The notes: generated by a model not told the origin, from the letters alone. A DNA stretch of 64,000 bases from Nautiliaceae bacterium (GCA_039831155.1 JBDONT010000009.1:1-64000); one strand, 5' to 3'. Positions 25,091-35,991 are shown, numbered from the stretch's first letter. Program-made: numbers and translations.

Positions 25091-26600
25091 AATTTCTCCT
25101 TATAAAAAATTTGACCGTGTCTCCGTTGGGAGAGTATGCGGTCGCACTGGTAAAAAAATTAACCATTAATATTCCTCTGCCGGAATATTTTTTTAATCTT
25201 TCCTGTTTGAAAATTTCGCTTATGTTAAAGTTTGTTTTTTTGTTTTCTTTAATTTCGAATTTTACGTATTCTTTTGATAAGAAGACCGATATTTTAACAT
25301 AAGTTTTTTCATTTTCTATAGTTTTGTTTTCTTTAATAAGTTTTTCTTTATTTATGATTTTTTGGTGTTCGAATATGTTTAGTAAAAGTTCTATTAAAAT
25401 GAGGGATATTATCTCGAAATTTTCAAGATTTAGATTTTTTATATCTTCTAAAATTATATCGACGTCTTGTTTTTGAAACGAATACTCTTTTTCAAATATT
25501 TTTCGGTATTTGAAATTTTCTTTCGTAACGGATATTATAGTGACGTCGTCGTCGAAATCTTCTATTTGTTTATTTATTTCTTTAATAATATCGTTTAAGA
25601 AATAGTGTTTTTTTAAAAGTTGAGGAAAAATTGTAAAAAGTAAAGTTCCGTTTATCTCCTTTTCTAAAAGACCGTCCGATAACATAAGCATCATATCGAA
25701 ATTTTCTTTGTATTCGTTTATTTGTATGTTGTTGGAATTAAAAGTATCTATTAGCGGGAGATTATTGGGTTTTAATTTTATGATGTTTTGATTTCTTTTT
25801 ATATAAATAGGAGGCATTGAAAAGTTTACGTATTTTACTTTTTTTTCTCCGCATTCCACGAACATAATACATAAAGCTTCGTCTTTTAAAAGAATCGTTT
25901 TTATGTAGTCTATGGTTTTTTTTATGTATGTTTCGAAGTTGTATCTTATAGTTTGGAAAAGATAAGATAAAAAACTTATACTAAGCATTGCGGTAAGAGA
26001 TGCACTAAGTCCTTTACCCATAGAGTCCACTATACAAAAGAAGTTTTTCGAATTGTTTATTCTTATGGCGAAATAGGAGTCCCCGCTTAAAATATCTTTC
26101 GGTTGAAAATAGATACTTACTATTTTATCTTTAAAAAATTTCATATTGACGTCGTCTTTGATAATTTTTAATTGTTTATTAAGAGCTAAGTCTTCTTGTT
26201 TGTCCTTATATTTTATTACTTGTTGCAGTTCTTTTGCGTAGCGGATTATTTTATTTTCAAGTTTTTTAAATGAATTTAACGTTTCTAAACTCAATGTGAA
26301 GTCGTCTTTATCGGCACTTTTTAATAAAACCGATTTTGCTCCTTTTTTTATATATTTTAAAAATCTGTCTTTGTCTATAGTTGAAGTTAAAACCGCAAAA
26401 ATCAAAGTGTTGTTTATCAAATGTCTATAAGTTCGGAAATATTCTTCGTCTATAAAGAGCAAATCCAGATTATTTATAAATTTGCAAAAGGAAGTGAAAG
26501 TGTAAATATTTTTAAAACCTTCTTCTTTTAAATAAGTTTCGAATTTATAATTTAAAAATTTGGATGTAAAAATTCCTATTTTTAAATCTTCTCTTTTCAT
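25080..26600 (-). CDS. Degenerate REC + SpoIIE/PP2C phosphatase + RsbW-like Ser kinase fusion
   Basis: LSGDSY, VDSMGKG, LSDGLLE, DDDVT (PP2C); ELLLNIFEH and SGRGI (HATPase_c anti-sigma type). Confidence 0.85.
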   Translation of the reverse strand: MKREDLKIGIFTSKFLNYKFETYLKEEGFKNIYTFTSFCKFINNLDLLFIDEEYFRTYRHLINNTLIFAVLTSTIDKDRFLKYIKKGAKSVLLKSADKDDFTLSLETLNSFKKLENKIIRYAKELQQVIKYKDKQEDLALNKQLKIIKDDVNMKFFKDKIVSIYFQPKDILSGDSYFAIRINNSKNFFCIVDSMGKGLSASLTAMLSISFLSYLFQTIRYNFETYIKKTIDYIKTILLKDEALCIMFVECGEKKVKYVNFSMPPIYIKRNQNIIKLKPNNLPLIDTFNSNNIQINEYKENFDMMLMLSDGLLEKEINGTLLFTIFPQLLKKHYFLNDIIKEINKQIEDFDDDVTIISVTKENFKYRKIFEKEYSFQKQDVDIILEDIKNLNLENFEIISLILIELLLNIFEHQKIINKEKLIKENKTIENEKTYVKISVFLSKEYVKFEIKENKKTNFNISEIFKQERLKKYSGRGILMVNFFTSATAYSPNGDTVKFFIRRNYGI

Positions 26601-26603
26601 TTT

Positions 26604-28457
26604 TCACTCTTTTATTTTTAAAATTATAATTAAAGAATCGGGTTGCGTTTGGAGTTTAAAAGAGATATCGAACTCTTGGGTCAATATGTTTTTGGCTACT
26701 AGCATTCTTATATCTTTAGAACGTAGCGATAAAATATTTTTTAAATTCGGAAGTGTTGAAGCGGTTATTGTTATAGAGTGATTTTCTGTTGTTATTGTGA
26801 TTTTTTTTTCTTTTTTATTTTGGACTTCGTCTCTTAAGTAAAAAATAATTCCTATTAATGCCGAATGAAACAAAGATATGTTTCCGCATATATAAAAATC
26901 GTCTTTTATTTCTATTTTGAAGTCTATTTTTCTGTTGTATAGTTGAATGGAGAGTATTTTGCTTATTTTTAATAAAATTTTAGATATTTTTATATATTCG
27001 GTTTTATTATCGAAAGGAAAGAAATCGTTAATCGTTTGAGATATGCTTACGCATTGGTTTTGAACGAATTTTGAAATTTCTTCCACTTCTTTCGGGTCTA
27101 ATTTATTGAATTTGGTATTTAAGGATAAATTACTCATAGCTATGGCTATGGAATTTAAAGGTTGCCTTAATTGATGTGAAAATAAAGCCACTGTTTCTTT
27201 TGTGTAAATTTCGTTTAATTGAGTGTAAAAAAGTCTTTGGAGTTTTAATAATTTTTTATACTTTTTACTTATGATTTTTTGAGCTTGAAGATTTTTCTTG
27301 TTTAATTCCGATGAAATTTTAACCGCTGCTTTTAATAAAAAATATTTCGTAACTTCCGGGTCGTCGAAATAAACTTCGTCTTCAAACGAGAAATTTTTAT
27401 CCGATTTTAAAGCTAAAAGCGATAAAGAATTAGTAACGAAAATATATTTGTTTTCTTTTAAAAACATTTCTCCGTACCCTATGAAACCTATTATTTTAAT
27501 ATCAAGTTTTTGAAGCTCTTTTTTTATTTCTTCTTCCATAATTAATTTTTTTCCGTAAGAGAAGGTTAAAAGACCTTGTTTTATTTCTTTCGCTTCTATT
27601 TGTTTTAAGGTTTGAAATTTATTTATAAAAGATATTACGTCCGGAAGACCGAATGAGGCTATTTTGGATAAGACATTTCCTAGTAAAACTATATGTGATT
27701 TATTGATTTTTAGTATACTTCTTGGAATTTTGTTAAACATAACTGGAATGGAAAAAGCCGATTTTATATTTGCGTTTTCTATTTTTTCTCCGAAATATTC
27801 TTTTAAAAACTCCAGTGCCGGTTTATTGTTAATCGAATATATTTTGTTTTTTTTATGTTTGTTAATTTCAAAAAACGCTTTGGCGTTTATGTATTCTAAA
27901 ATCGAAAAATTGAAAGTACTTATGTTTTCTATTAAAGCCACTACCGCTGCGTGTTTGTATATTTTATTTTTGCTTATTATCATACTTCCCGGGAATATGC
28001 CGTTATCCGCCGCTAAAGCTCCGAAAAGAGGAGGCTTGAATTCGGATTCGTTTAATTCTTTTAAAAAATCGTCCGGATTAAATTTATAAGGGTCGGCGTA
28101 TATTATCATAGCGGATGTGGAAGGGGAGATTAGCGATTTTGTTTTTTTCCCTATTTCTTCCGAAGATATTTTTAAAAGGTCGAATTCTTTTACCGTTATG
28201 GGGTTGTTCGTAAAAGTAAAAGATATTAAAATTTTTTCGTTTAGGATTTCTTTATTGTAAATTTCTCCGGCACTGCTAAGTCCTATTATTTCTGCTTTTT
28301 CAAAATACTCTTTTAAAGTTTTTATAATCTTTCGCAAAACTTGTTTTTCATAAACCCCCGTAAAAATTTGTATAAAGCAAAAATCATTTTTATCGAATTT
28401 TAATAAAAACCTTTCCAAATCTTCTATTGATGAGAATATTTTATTAAAAATTTTCAA
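26604..28457 (-). CDS. FIST-domain protein fused to histidine-kinase-like region with degenerate ATPase domain
   Basis: IIGLSSAGEI, FGALAAD, GFIGYGE (FIST); H-box SHQLRQPL; no N/G1/G2 boxes. Confidence 0.8.
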   Translation of the reverse strand: MKIFNKIFSSIEDLERFLLKFDKNDFCFIQIFTGVYEKQVLRKIIKTLKEYFEKAEIIGLSSAGEIYNKEILNEKILISFTFTNNPITVKEFDLLKISSEEIGKKTKSLISPSTSAMIIYADPYKFNPDDFLKELNESEFKPPLFGALAADNGIFPGSMIISKNKIYKHAAVVALIENISTFNFSILEYINAKAFFEINKHKKNKIYSINNKPALEFLKEYFGEKIENANIKSAFSIPVMFNKIPRSILKINKSHIVLLGNVLSKIASFGLPDVISFINKFQTLKQIEAKEIKQGLLTFSYGKKLIMEEEIKKELQKLDIKIIGFIGYGEMFLKENKYIFVTNSLSLLALKSDKNFSFEDEVYFDDPEVTKYFLLKAAVKISSELNKKNLQAQKIISKKYKKLLKLQRLFYTQLNEIYTKETVALFSHQLRQPLNSIAIAMSNLSLNTKFNKLDPKEVEEISKFVQNQCVSISQTINDFFPFDNKTEYIKISKILLKISKILSIQLYNRKIDFKIEIKDDFYICGNISLFHSALIGIIFYLRDEVQNKKEKKITITTENHSITITASTLPNLKNILSLRSKDIRMLVAKNILTQEFDISFKLQTQPDSLIIILKIKE

Positions 28458-29101
28458 TTTCTCTCCTTAAATATTGTAATCTCTTTAATAAGAGGTTTGG
28501 ATATGAAATTTTCTTCTTTTATATTACTTTCGTATTTTTCGAAACATTTGTCGTTTATAAAGAATATTTCGTCCTTATCTTTTGCGAACATAGGAATATC
28601 GCAAAAATTCATCAAATCTATTATTACCGATTTGATTTCTTCTTTTCTGGCTTTTTGAGTGTTAAGGTATGAATAAGTTTTTACGAAATCTCTATTGTGA
28701 AATTTAATAAGCTCTTTTGAGAGAACTTCTAAGAAGTTGTCAAGAATTATAGGTTTTACTAAGAAACCGTCCACTCCTATTTTTATTAAATTTATCAAAT
28801 CTTCGGTTTGAGTGTAAGCCGTAATTATTATAACCGAAATATCTTTATTTAAGTTTTTTATAAATTCGGTCAGTTCTATTCCGTCCATTCGAGGCATTTT
28901 TAAATCCGTAATTACGATGTCTATGTGATTTTCTTGCAAAATTTTTATCGCTTCTTCTCCGTTTACGGAGAGATATATGTTTTTGAATGAAAAGTTGGAT
29001 AAAAGTTTATTCATCTGTTCGAGTATCGATTCGTCGTCATCCACTACTAATACCGAATATTGAGAAGCTAAGCTTTTTATATCTTCAATTTTCAAAATCA
29101 A
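28454..29101 (-). CDS. Response regulator receiver protein
   Basis: VLVVDDD, ITDLKMP, ITAY, FLVKP. Confidence 0.92.
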   Translation of the reverse strand: MILKIEDIKSLASQYSVLVVDDDESILEQMNKLLSNFSFKNIYLSVNGEEAIKILQENHIDIVITDLKMPRMDGIELTEFIKNLNKDISVIIITAYTQTEDLINLIKIGVDGFLVKPIILDNFLEVLSKELIKFHNRDFVKTYSYLNTQKARKEEIKSVIIDLMNFCDIPMFAKDKDEIFFINDKCFEKYESNIKEENFISKPLIKEITIFKERN

Positions 29102-30755
29102 TCTCCTTTTTAGGTTTTGAAAAATAGTATCCTTGAGCGTACTCTATTCCCATTTCCTCTATTATTTTTAATATGGTTTCGTTTTCTACGAATTCGGCTA
29201 TAACCTTAGCTCCTATTGAGTGAGCTAAAATATTAATGGACATTACTATTTTATGCGAATTTTTTTCGTTGGGTAAAGTTTTTATGAATTTGCCGTCTAT
29301 TTTTATGTAATCCGGAGAAATTTGTAAGATTCTTTCGAAATTCGAATATTCGCTTCCGAAGTCGTCTATTGCTATTTTAAAACCGTTTTTTTGGAGTTTT
29401 TTTAAGTTGTTCATATTTGTTTTGTTAAAGGTTGAAATATCTTCTAAAATTTCTAAGGTTATGTTTTGAGGCGGAATGTTTTTTCTTTGAGTTTCTTTAA
29501 TCATAAAGTCGATTAATTCGCAATGGTTTAAATCCATATCCGTAATATTTACGGATAAAGGAAAAATTTTAGCTTTATCTAAAGATTTGATAAAAATTTG
29601 TTTGGTTAATTCGTGAATAAGTCCAGCTTTTTTTATATCTTCTATAAATTCGAAAGGATTATACGTTTTTTCTTCGTCTATAATTCTTGCTAATACTTCG
29701 TATTTAATCGTTTTTTTTGTTTTTATATCCACTATGGGTTGAAAAAAAGGTACGATTTTTTCTTCTTTTAGAAGCTTTAATATACAAGAGAGTTTTTTGT
29801 TTTTAAAAGAAGCGTTTTTTAGTTTTTGTTCGTCTAAAAAAACCGCGTCGTTTACAAGACAGTTTTCTTTTAAATAATCGATTACTTTTGTTATGTTGTT
29901 TATTACATCTTGAGCGTTTGAAAAAAAACCTGCTATCGAATAAGTGATAATTACCGTAAAATCGTTAAAATCTATTTTGATATTTTCAAGAGAGCGTTTT
30001 ATTGTTTCAAAATCTTTTACGTTTTTTAAAATTAATATGAATTGGTCGCTTCCTATTCTGTATATTTTGTCCGAAAAAGGTTTTAATTTATCGGTGGTTT
30101 CTTTTAACACTCTGTTTCCGAATTCAAATCCGAAAGCCGAATTTATTTTTCTAAATCTGTTTATATCCGTTAAAACTACGAAATGTTTGTTGTTATCGTT
30201 TAGTTCCATATTCATTTTAGCTATATTTCCTATACCGGTAATAGGGTCGGTTACAAGTTCTTTATTTTTTTCTTCTATAATCTTTAACAGGTTTTTTTTC
30301 AAATTTTCGTTTTCTTTTTCTATTTGTATGATTTTTGCGATTTTATTTAAAATTTTTAAAAAGTCTTCGAGTAAAAAAGGTTTAAATAAAAAACCGTCCG
30401 CTCCCACTTCTATGGCTTTTAGTAAAAATTCACTGTCGTTATATGCGGATATGAATATGACTTTTAATTTTTGAGATTTTTTTTTGAATTCTTTAGCCAA
30501 TTCGATTCCGTTTTTTTCAGGAAGTGAAATATCGGTAATTAAAAGCTCTATTTCGTCGTTAAATATCTCTTTAGCTTCCGAATAAGAGCGAACGGAAAAT
30601 ACGTTTTTAAATAATTTTTTTAGTAAAACGGTCGTGGTTTTATTCGTTTCTTCGTGGTCTTCTATGTATAAAACCGATATTTTTTTCGAAACTTCCAATA
30701 GTTCTTGCACTTTTTTGCCTTTTTTATTACAATATTTATACATAAATGATATCAA
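29085..30755 (-). CDS. REC-GGDEF(degenerate)-EAL c-di-GMP phosphodiesterase
   Basis: LYIED/TDISLP/FLFKP; RIGSDQF; YEVLAR, IDDFGS, IKIDG, AEFVE, QGYYF. Confidence 0.92.
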   Translation of the reverse strand: MISFMYKYCNKKGKKVQELLEVSKKISVLYIEDHEETNKTTTVLLKKLFKNVFSVRSYSEAKEIFNDEIELLITDISLPEKNGIELAKEFKKKSQKLKVIFISAYNDSEFLLKAIEVGADGFLFKPFLLEDFLKILNKIAKIIQIEKENENLKKNLLKIIEEKNKELVTDPITGIGNIAKMNMELNDNNKHFVVLTDINRFRKINSAFGFEFGNRVLKETTDKLKPFSDKIYRIGSDQFILILKNVKDFETIKRSLENIKIDFNDFTVIITYSIAGFFSNAQDVINNITKVIDYLKENCLVNDAVFLDEQKLKNASFKNKKLSCILKLLKEEKIVPFFQPIVDIKTKKTIKYEVLARIIDEEKTYNPFEFIEDIKKAGLIHELTKQIFIKSLDKAKIFPLSVNITDMDLNHCELIDFMIKETQRKNIPPQNITLEILEDISTFNKTNMNNLKKLQKNGFKIAIDDFGSEYSNFERILQISPDYIKIDGKFIKTLPNEKNSHKIVMSINILAHSIGAKVIAEFVENETILKIIEEMGIEYAQGYYFSKPKKEIDFEN

Positions 30756-30770
30756 AAAAATCGACGAAAA

Positions 30771-32519
30771 GTGAAAGAAATGAAAAAATTTTTAAAAATA
30801 ATAATGCTTTTAACGGGATTTTATCTATTCGGGGTTATCGTTTTACTTTTTATCAATTCCCAAATAAATTCTTACAAATTTATTAGCGAACTTCAAAAAA
30901 TTATTTTAAAATTCGAGAAAACTCATACTAAAGAGTGTCTTGAAAATATTCAAGTTGTTTATAAAACTCTTCTTTATCAAAATTTTCCTCCGGAAAAGAT
31001 AAAAAAAGTTTTGCAAGAAATAATAGAAAAGAAAAATTCTAAAGAAGTGCATAGGTATATTTTCGTTTATGAAATTTATAATATTAACGGAGGAAAAAAA
31101 TTTGCTAAAATGCTTATTAATCCGAATGTGAAAAATTTGGAAGGCAAATTTCTTGATAGCGATTTTAAAGATGTAAAAGGTAAAGCTTTTAGAGAGGAGA
31201 TGTTAAAAATCGCAAGAAGCGTTCAAAAAGGTTTTATCACTTATTATTATTTAGACCCTTTAACCGGAAAAGTTTTTAAGAAATTGACTTATATGATTTA
31301 TTTGCCTAAAATTCATTGGATTGTGGCATCCGGAATTTATATGAATTATATAAACGGTATTACCGAACATTATAAAAAATGCCTTTTGAGATATATTTTT
31401 ACGACGATGGCTATAGTGTTCGGTTTTATGATTGTTACGGCGTTGATAATTTTTTATTGGCATAAAAAATTATTGGACGAATTACAAGAAGAGATAACTC
31501 ACGAAAAGGATATTTTAACTTTAATTCCTTTAATGGATGAAGATATTATGGGATTTAATTTTGATTCCCCTTATTTAAAGGGGATTTTTAATTTAATGGA
31601 GATTAAAAGATTCGGAATTTTTGAAAACGGGAAAAAAATTTTCGGAGATGCTTTATGGGATGATAAAAACGCTATTAGATATAGGAATTATCATTTTGTA
31701 TTCGAAGAAAAAAAAGATGAGTATCTTCCTATTTTAAACCATATAGCTTCTATTTTTTATTTGGCGTTTAATAAGAAAAAGTATGAAGAAAAATTAAGAG
31801 AAAAAATTAAACGGCAAATAGAAGAGATAAAACAAAAAGACAGAGAACTTATTTTAAAAGAAAAAACGGCGGCTTTAGGAGAAGTTGTCGGAAATATCGC
31901 TCATCAATGGAAACAGCCTTTAAATGCTATTTCAAATGTTATAAATAACGTTTTATTGGACATTGAGCTCGGAGTGTGTGATAAGGAGGGGTTTAGGGCT
32001 TCTTTGAGAGAAGTTCACAAAATTACTAAAAATATGGCTTGTATTATTGATATTTTTAAAAATTTATATAAAATTTCCGGAAAAAAAGAGTTGATTACTT
32101 TAAAGGAGGTTTTTGATAACGTGTTTTTGATTTTTGATACTTCCGATGTTAAAATACATAAAAATATAAAAGATTGTGAGTTTTTAGGTTATTTAAATGA
32201 ACTGGAACAAGTGATTTTGACTATTTTAAGTAACGCTAAAGACGAATTTAAAAGAAAAAATATAAAAGGCGAAATTTTTATTACCAGTTATTGTGACGAT
32301 AAAACGGTAAGAATAGAAATAGAAGATAACGCTGGAGGAGTTCCTGAAGAACTTAAAGAAAAAATATTTAAAGAATTTTTTTCCACTAAAGATTCAACTG
32401 GTTTGGGGCTTGCTTTTAGTAAAAAGATTATAGAGCAGAGTTTTAAAGGAAAAATTTGGGTTGAAAACACCCAAAGAGGAGCTAAGTTTATTATAACTTT
32501 TTTACCCCCCCCCGATTAA
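30771..32519 (+). CDS. Cache-domain sensor histidine kinase
   Basis: Two TM segments flanking Cache domain (KDVKGK, WIVASGIY); AHQWKQPL, ILSNAKD, DNAGG, TGLGL. Confidence 0.92.
   Translation: MKEMKKFLKIIMLLTGFYLFGVIVLLFINSQINSYKFISELQKIILKFEKTHTKECLENIQVVYKTLLYQNFPPEKIKKVLQEIIEKKNSKEVHRYIFVYEIYNINGGKKFAKMLINPNVKNLEGKFLDSDFKDVKGKAFREEMLKIARSVQKGFITYYYLDPLTGKVFKKLTYMIYLPKIHWIVASGIYMNYINGITEHYKKCLLRYIFTTMAIVFGFMIVTALIIFYWHKKLLDELQEEITHEKDILTLIPLMDEDIMGFNFDSPYLKGIFNLMEIKRFGIFENGKKIFGDALWDDKNAIRYRNYHFVFEEKKDEYLPILNHIASIFYLAFNKKKYEEKLREKIKRQIEEIKQKDRELILKEKTAALGEVVGNIAHQWKQPLNAISNVINNVLLDIELGVCDKEGFRASLREVHKITKNMACIIDIFKNLYKISGKKELITLKEVFDNVFLIFDTSDVKIHKNIKDCEFLGYLNELEQVILTILSNAKDEFKRKNIKGEIFITSYCDDKTVRIEIEDNAGGVPEELKEKIFKEFFSTKDSTGLGLAFSKKIIEQSFKGKIWVENTQRGAKFIITFLPPPD
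32505..32513 (+). repeat. C9 homopolymer in last codons of the kinase gene
   Basis: TTACCCCCCCCCGATTAA; stands out in a very AT-rich window. Confidence 0.8.
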
Positions 32520-32531
32520 AAAGGAGTAAAT

Positions 32532-33575
32532 GTGAAAAGTAGGGTGTATTATAGTTCTAAAGATGTTTTGTTTTTAGCTCTTGAGGAACTTTATACCAAG
32601 ATTAAAGAAGATGAATTTTTAGAAGATTATGATTTTATTTTTTTTGCGATTTCTCCTAAATATAATCCGAACGATGTGAATAATAGTATAAAAAAAATAT
32701 TTAATACGGATAACTATTTCGCTTTTAACGCTATTAACGCTTTTAATAACGATAAAGTCGTAGAAGGTGTGGTAGGACTTTTTATCAAATTTGAAAGAAA
32801 AGGGGAAATTTTAATAAACGAACCGGATAAAAACGGATTGAATTTGGTTTTTTTACCTTATGTGGAAAATAGAAGCGAGTGTGAATTTTTAAATAAAATA
32901 CCTCATTTGAGTATAGGCGGGATAGCTTCAGGGGAGAGGGCTTATTTATATTATGATAATAAAATCGTTAAAGACGATTATGTGGTGCTTACTTTTAAAA
33001 ATGTCGATTATCGATTCGGAATATCTTTAGGGTATAAGCCAATGGGTCCCACTTATAAAGTTCAAGTTGCGAAAAAAAGAAAAGTTTACGTTATTAATTA
33101 TGAAGATGCTTCCTTGATAGCAAAGAGACTTTTAAAAAATATTGATAACGATATAAAAAATTTATGGTATTCTCCCGTCATTATTATCTCAAAGAAAGGT
33201 TATGTGGATTTTGTAAGGACTTTTAAGGAGATAAAGGATAACGAATATGTCGAATTTTTCGGAAATATAGAAGTAGGAGATATGTTAAAACTCTCTTTTG
33301 CTACGGAAAAAATGCTATTGGAAGAAGATAAAAAAGTGGCTCTTAATTTAAGAGAAAAAATTGAATATGTGGAGCTTGCTTTTAATTTTTCTTGTGTGGC
33401 TAGAGAGTATGTTTTAGGTAAATATCAAGAAGAAGAACCCAAAATCTATTCTCAAATTTTAAATGCTCCTCTTTTCGGATTTTTTACATACGGAGAAATA
33501 GGTCCTAATTTCGATTTTTCGTCGCTAAGACTTTATAATCAGTCTTCATTAGTAGTAGCGTTAAAGGAGAAATGA
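32532..33575 (+). CDS. Stand-alone FIST-domain (NosP-like) protein
   Basis: GGIASG, GYKPMG, FSCVAR, GFFTYGEIG, YNQS FIST_C motifs. Confidence 0.85.
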   Translation: MKSRVYYSSKDVLFLALEELYTKIKEDEFLEDYDFIFFAISPKYNPNDVNNSIKKIFNTDNYFAFNAINAFNNDKVVEGVVGLFIKFERKGEILINEPDKNGLNLVFLPYVENRSECEFLNKIPHLSIGGIASGERAYLYYDNKIVKDDYVVLTFKNVDYRFGISLGYKPMGPTYKVQVAKKRKVYVINYEDASLIAKRLLKNIDNDIKNLWYSPVIIISKKGYVDFVRTFKEIKDNEYVEFFGNIEVGDMLKLSFATEKMLLEEDKKVALNLREKIEYVELAFNFSCVAREYVLGKYQEEEPKIYSQILNAPLFGFFTYGEIGPNFDFSSLRLYNQSSLVVALKEK

Positions 33576-34141
33576 TGAAAGACGTTCAAATTCAAGTTTT
33601 GCTTAATATTTTGGATGAGGTTACCCAAAGATACGATGAAATTTTCGAAATTAAAGAGAGACTTTTAAGAGAGGCTAATTATAAATCGACTCACGATTTA
33701 TTGACGAATTTGTATAATAGGTCTTATTTCGAAGCTAAGGTTAAAACTTTAATTAGAAAAAAAGAGCCTTTCGCTTTGGCGTTTATGGATTTGGATAATT
33801 TTAAATTCGTAAATGATACTTACGGACATAAAGTGGGAGATGAAGTATTGATTCAAGTTTCAGAAATTTTAAAGAAAAATTTAAAGGGCGGTGATATTAT
33901 AGCTAGATTCGGGGGTGATGAATTTTTGATTGCGATAAAGGAGTGTTCTAAAGAAGATGCTTTTAAATTGTTTCAAGAGATAATAAACGAAATTAAAAAA
34001 GTATTAAGAATTTATCATCTAACGGCTAGTGTTGGTATTTCTTATTATCCGGAAATAAAAGAGTATAAAGAATTGTTAAAAACTGCTGACGAGAAAATGT
34101 ATGAGGCTAAAAGAAAAGGGAAAGATAGGATAGTTTTTTAA
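33572..34141 (+). CDS. Diguanylate cyclase
   Basis: [31 protein letters not shown]. Confidence 0.95.
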   Translation: MMKDVQIQVLLNILDEVTQRYDEIFEIKERLLREANYKSTHDLLTNLYNRSYFEAKVKTLIRKKEPFALAFMDLDNFKFVNDTYGHKVGDEVLIQVSEILKKNLKGGDIIARFGGDEFLIAIKECSKEDAFKLFQEIINEIKKVLRIYHLTASVGISYYPEIKEYKELLKTADEKMYEAKRKGKDRIVF

Positions 34142-35838
34142 ATTACGAATTTGCCTGTTTTATTTTCCAAATCTTGAATTATATGTTTTAAAGAGGATGA
34201 AATCTGTTTTAATTGTGTTGATATCTCTTTTGAGGTTTTGCTCTCTTGCACAAGTCCTTCTACCGCTTCTATAAGCATTCTTACGTGGGTGTTGATTTTG
34301 GTTGTTTCGTTTAGGGCTTTTTGAGATATATCTATAGTAACGTCTAAAGAATTTTTAGTATTGTCCGTTTTTTCCATTAATTTTACCGTTTCTTCCGATA
34401 ATTTGCCGAACTCTTTGGAATTTCTTTCGATTTCTCCTTGTGCTTCCAGCACACCTTGGACTATTAAATTAACCGCCGCATCAATTTCTCCTAGAGATTT
34501 TTGGGTACGTTCTGCTAGTTTTCTGACTTCGTCGGCAACTACCGCAAAACCTCTTCCGTGTTCTCCTGCACGTGCCGCTTCAATAGCCGCGTTTAAAGCG
34601 AGAAGGTTTGTTTGGTCCGCTATCTCTTTAATTATTGAGATAACGTCTTTAATTTGATTTGATTGTTGAGCTAAAGAAGAGATTTTATTTGAAATTTCAA
34701 TCTCTTTTTGAGAATCTTTTTTTATCTCTTCTATAACTTTATGTAAAGAATTAATCATATCTTCTAGAGAATTTCTTGTATTTTGAATGTCTTCTACCGT
34801 TTGAATAACTTTTTCTTCTGCTACTTCCAAATCTTCTTCTATTTCGGATGTGTGAGATTTCACTTTATTTACCAATTCGACTTGAGTTTGAACGTTTTTA
34901 TCTATTTTGTTAGAAATATCGTCAGTTTTTTGAGCTAAAGATAAAGTGTTTTGAATCGTAAGTTTTATCTCTTTGATAATTTGAGCTAAATTTTCTATAA
35001 ATTTGTTTATAGCTCTTGCGATTAAAGTAATTTCTTTAGAGCCTTTTTCCTCTAAGTGAATTGTTAAATCGTCTTCTTTTTGAGTAAGTATTTCGGCATA
35101 TTCTTTTACCGGTTTTATAATAGTTTTTTCAAAGAATATGTTTATGGCTATTATAATTACCATTATAAAAACGATAACGGAAATTATTCCTCCTGTAATC
35201 ATATATTTTTCCGTTTTTCGGATAGATTTTTTCACTTGTACCATAGGAACTTCCACGCTTACCATTCCTCTAACATCGCCTACTTTATAATTAAACGCTA
35301 CGTTTCCGTAATCTTTTACCAACGCTTTATAAAGATTTGCCGGTACGTCTTTGTAAGGCACACCATGACATTTTAAACAGACCGGTTTTATAAAAAGAGG
35401 TTTTGCGTATCTAATTACCGTTTCACCCTTAGAGTTTTTGCCTATTTCCCAATACTCTTTTAGATGTTTTTGTTCGATTAATTTTAGGATTTTTGCCTCT
35501 TCCTGGGTAGGTTTGTTTAGAGGATTTCTGTATTTAAGAGAAGTTTGTTTAATATAAAATCCGGATTTTTGAGTAACTTCTTTTGCTACTTCTTTACCAG
35601 AGAATGCCGGTGTTGCCGCCCATCTTGACATATTAGGATTTATGATTTTTACGTTTGGGGCTAGTTTTGCCATATAATGACGCATTGCTATAAGTTCTTC
35701 AGCCGCTTTTCTGGCTTTATCTATGTTTTCTTGTTCGGCTAGGTTGAAAATTTGTTTTTTTACTACTATATATCCGGGAATTAAAATTAGAATTAAGGAT
35801 ATTACCACTATTAAGATAATTTTAACTTTCGAGCTCAT
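34138..35838 (-). CDS. Methyl-accepting chemotaxis protein with periplasmic c-type heme (DUF3365-like) sensor domain
   Basis: [61 protein letters not shown]. Confidence 0.93.
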   Translation of the reverse strand: MSSKVKIILIVVISLILILIPGYIVVKKQIFNLAEQENIDKARKAAEELIAMRHYMAKLAPNVKIINPNMSRWAATPAFSGKEVAKEVTQKSGFYIKQTSLKYRNPLNKPTQEEAKILKLIEQKHLKEYWEIGKNSKGETVIRYAKPLFIKPVCLKCHGVPYKDVPANLYKALVKDYGNVAFNYKVGDVRGMVSVEVPMVQVKKSIRKTEKYMITGGIISVIVFIMVIIIAINIFFEKTIIKPVKEYAEILTQKEDDLTIHLEEKGSKEITLIARAINKFIENLAQIIKEIKLTIQNTLSLAQKTDDISNKIDKNVQTQVELVNKVKSHTSEIEEDLEVAEEKVIQTVEDIQNTRNSLEDMINSLHKVIEEIKKDSQKEIEISNKISSLAQQSNQIKDVISIIKEIADQTNLLALNAAIEAARAGEHGRGFAVVADEVRKLAERTQKSLGEIDAAVNLIVQGVLEAQGEIERNSKEFGKLSEETVKLMEKTDNTKNSLDVTIDISQKALNETTKINTHVRMLIEAVEGLVQESKTSKEISTQLKQISSSLKHIIQDLENKTGKFVI

Positions 35839-35991
35839 ATCAACCCCTTTTTTCTAATTATAACAATTTTTGTAATGTTGTATTTAGATTTTTCAATCTA
35901 AAGCGATTAAAAAACGTACGTTTTGTAATAATAGTGTCAAATTTTTTATATTTAGGGAATTGATGTATAATTTCGAAAAAAAAGGTATTAT

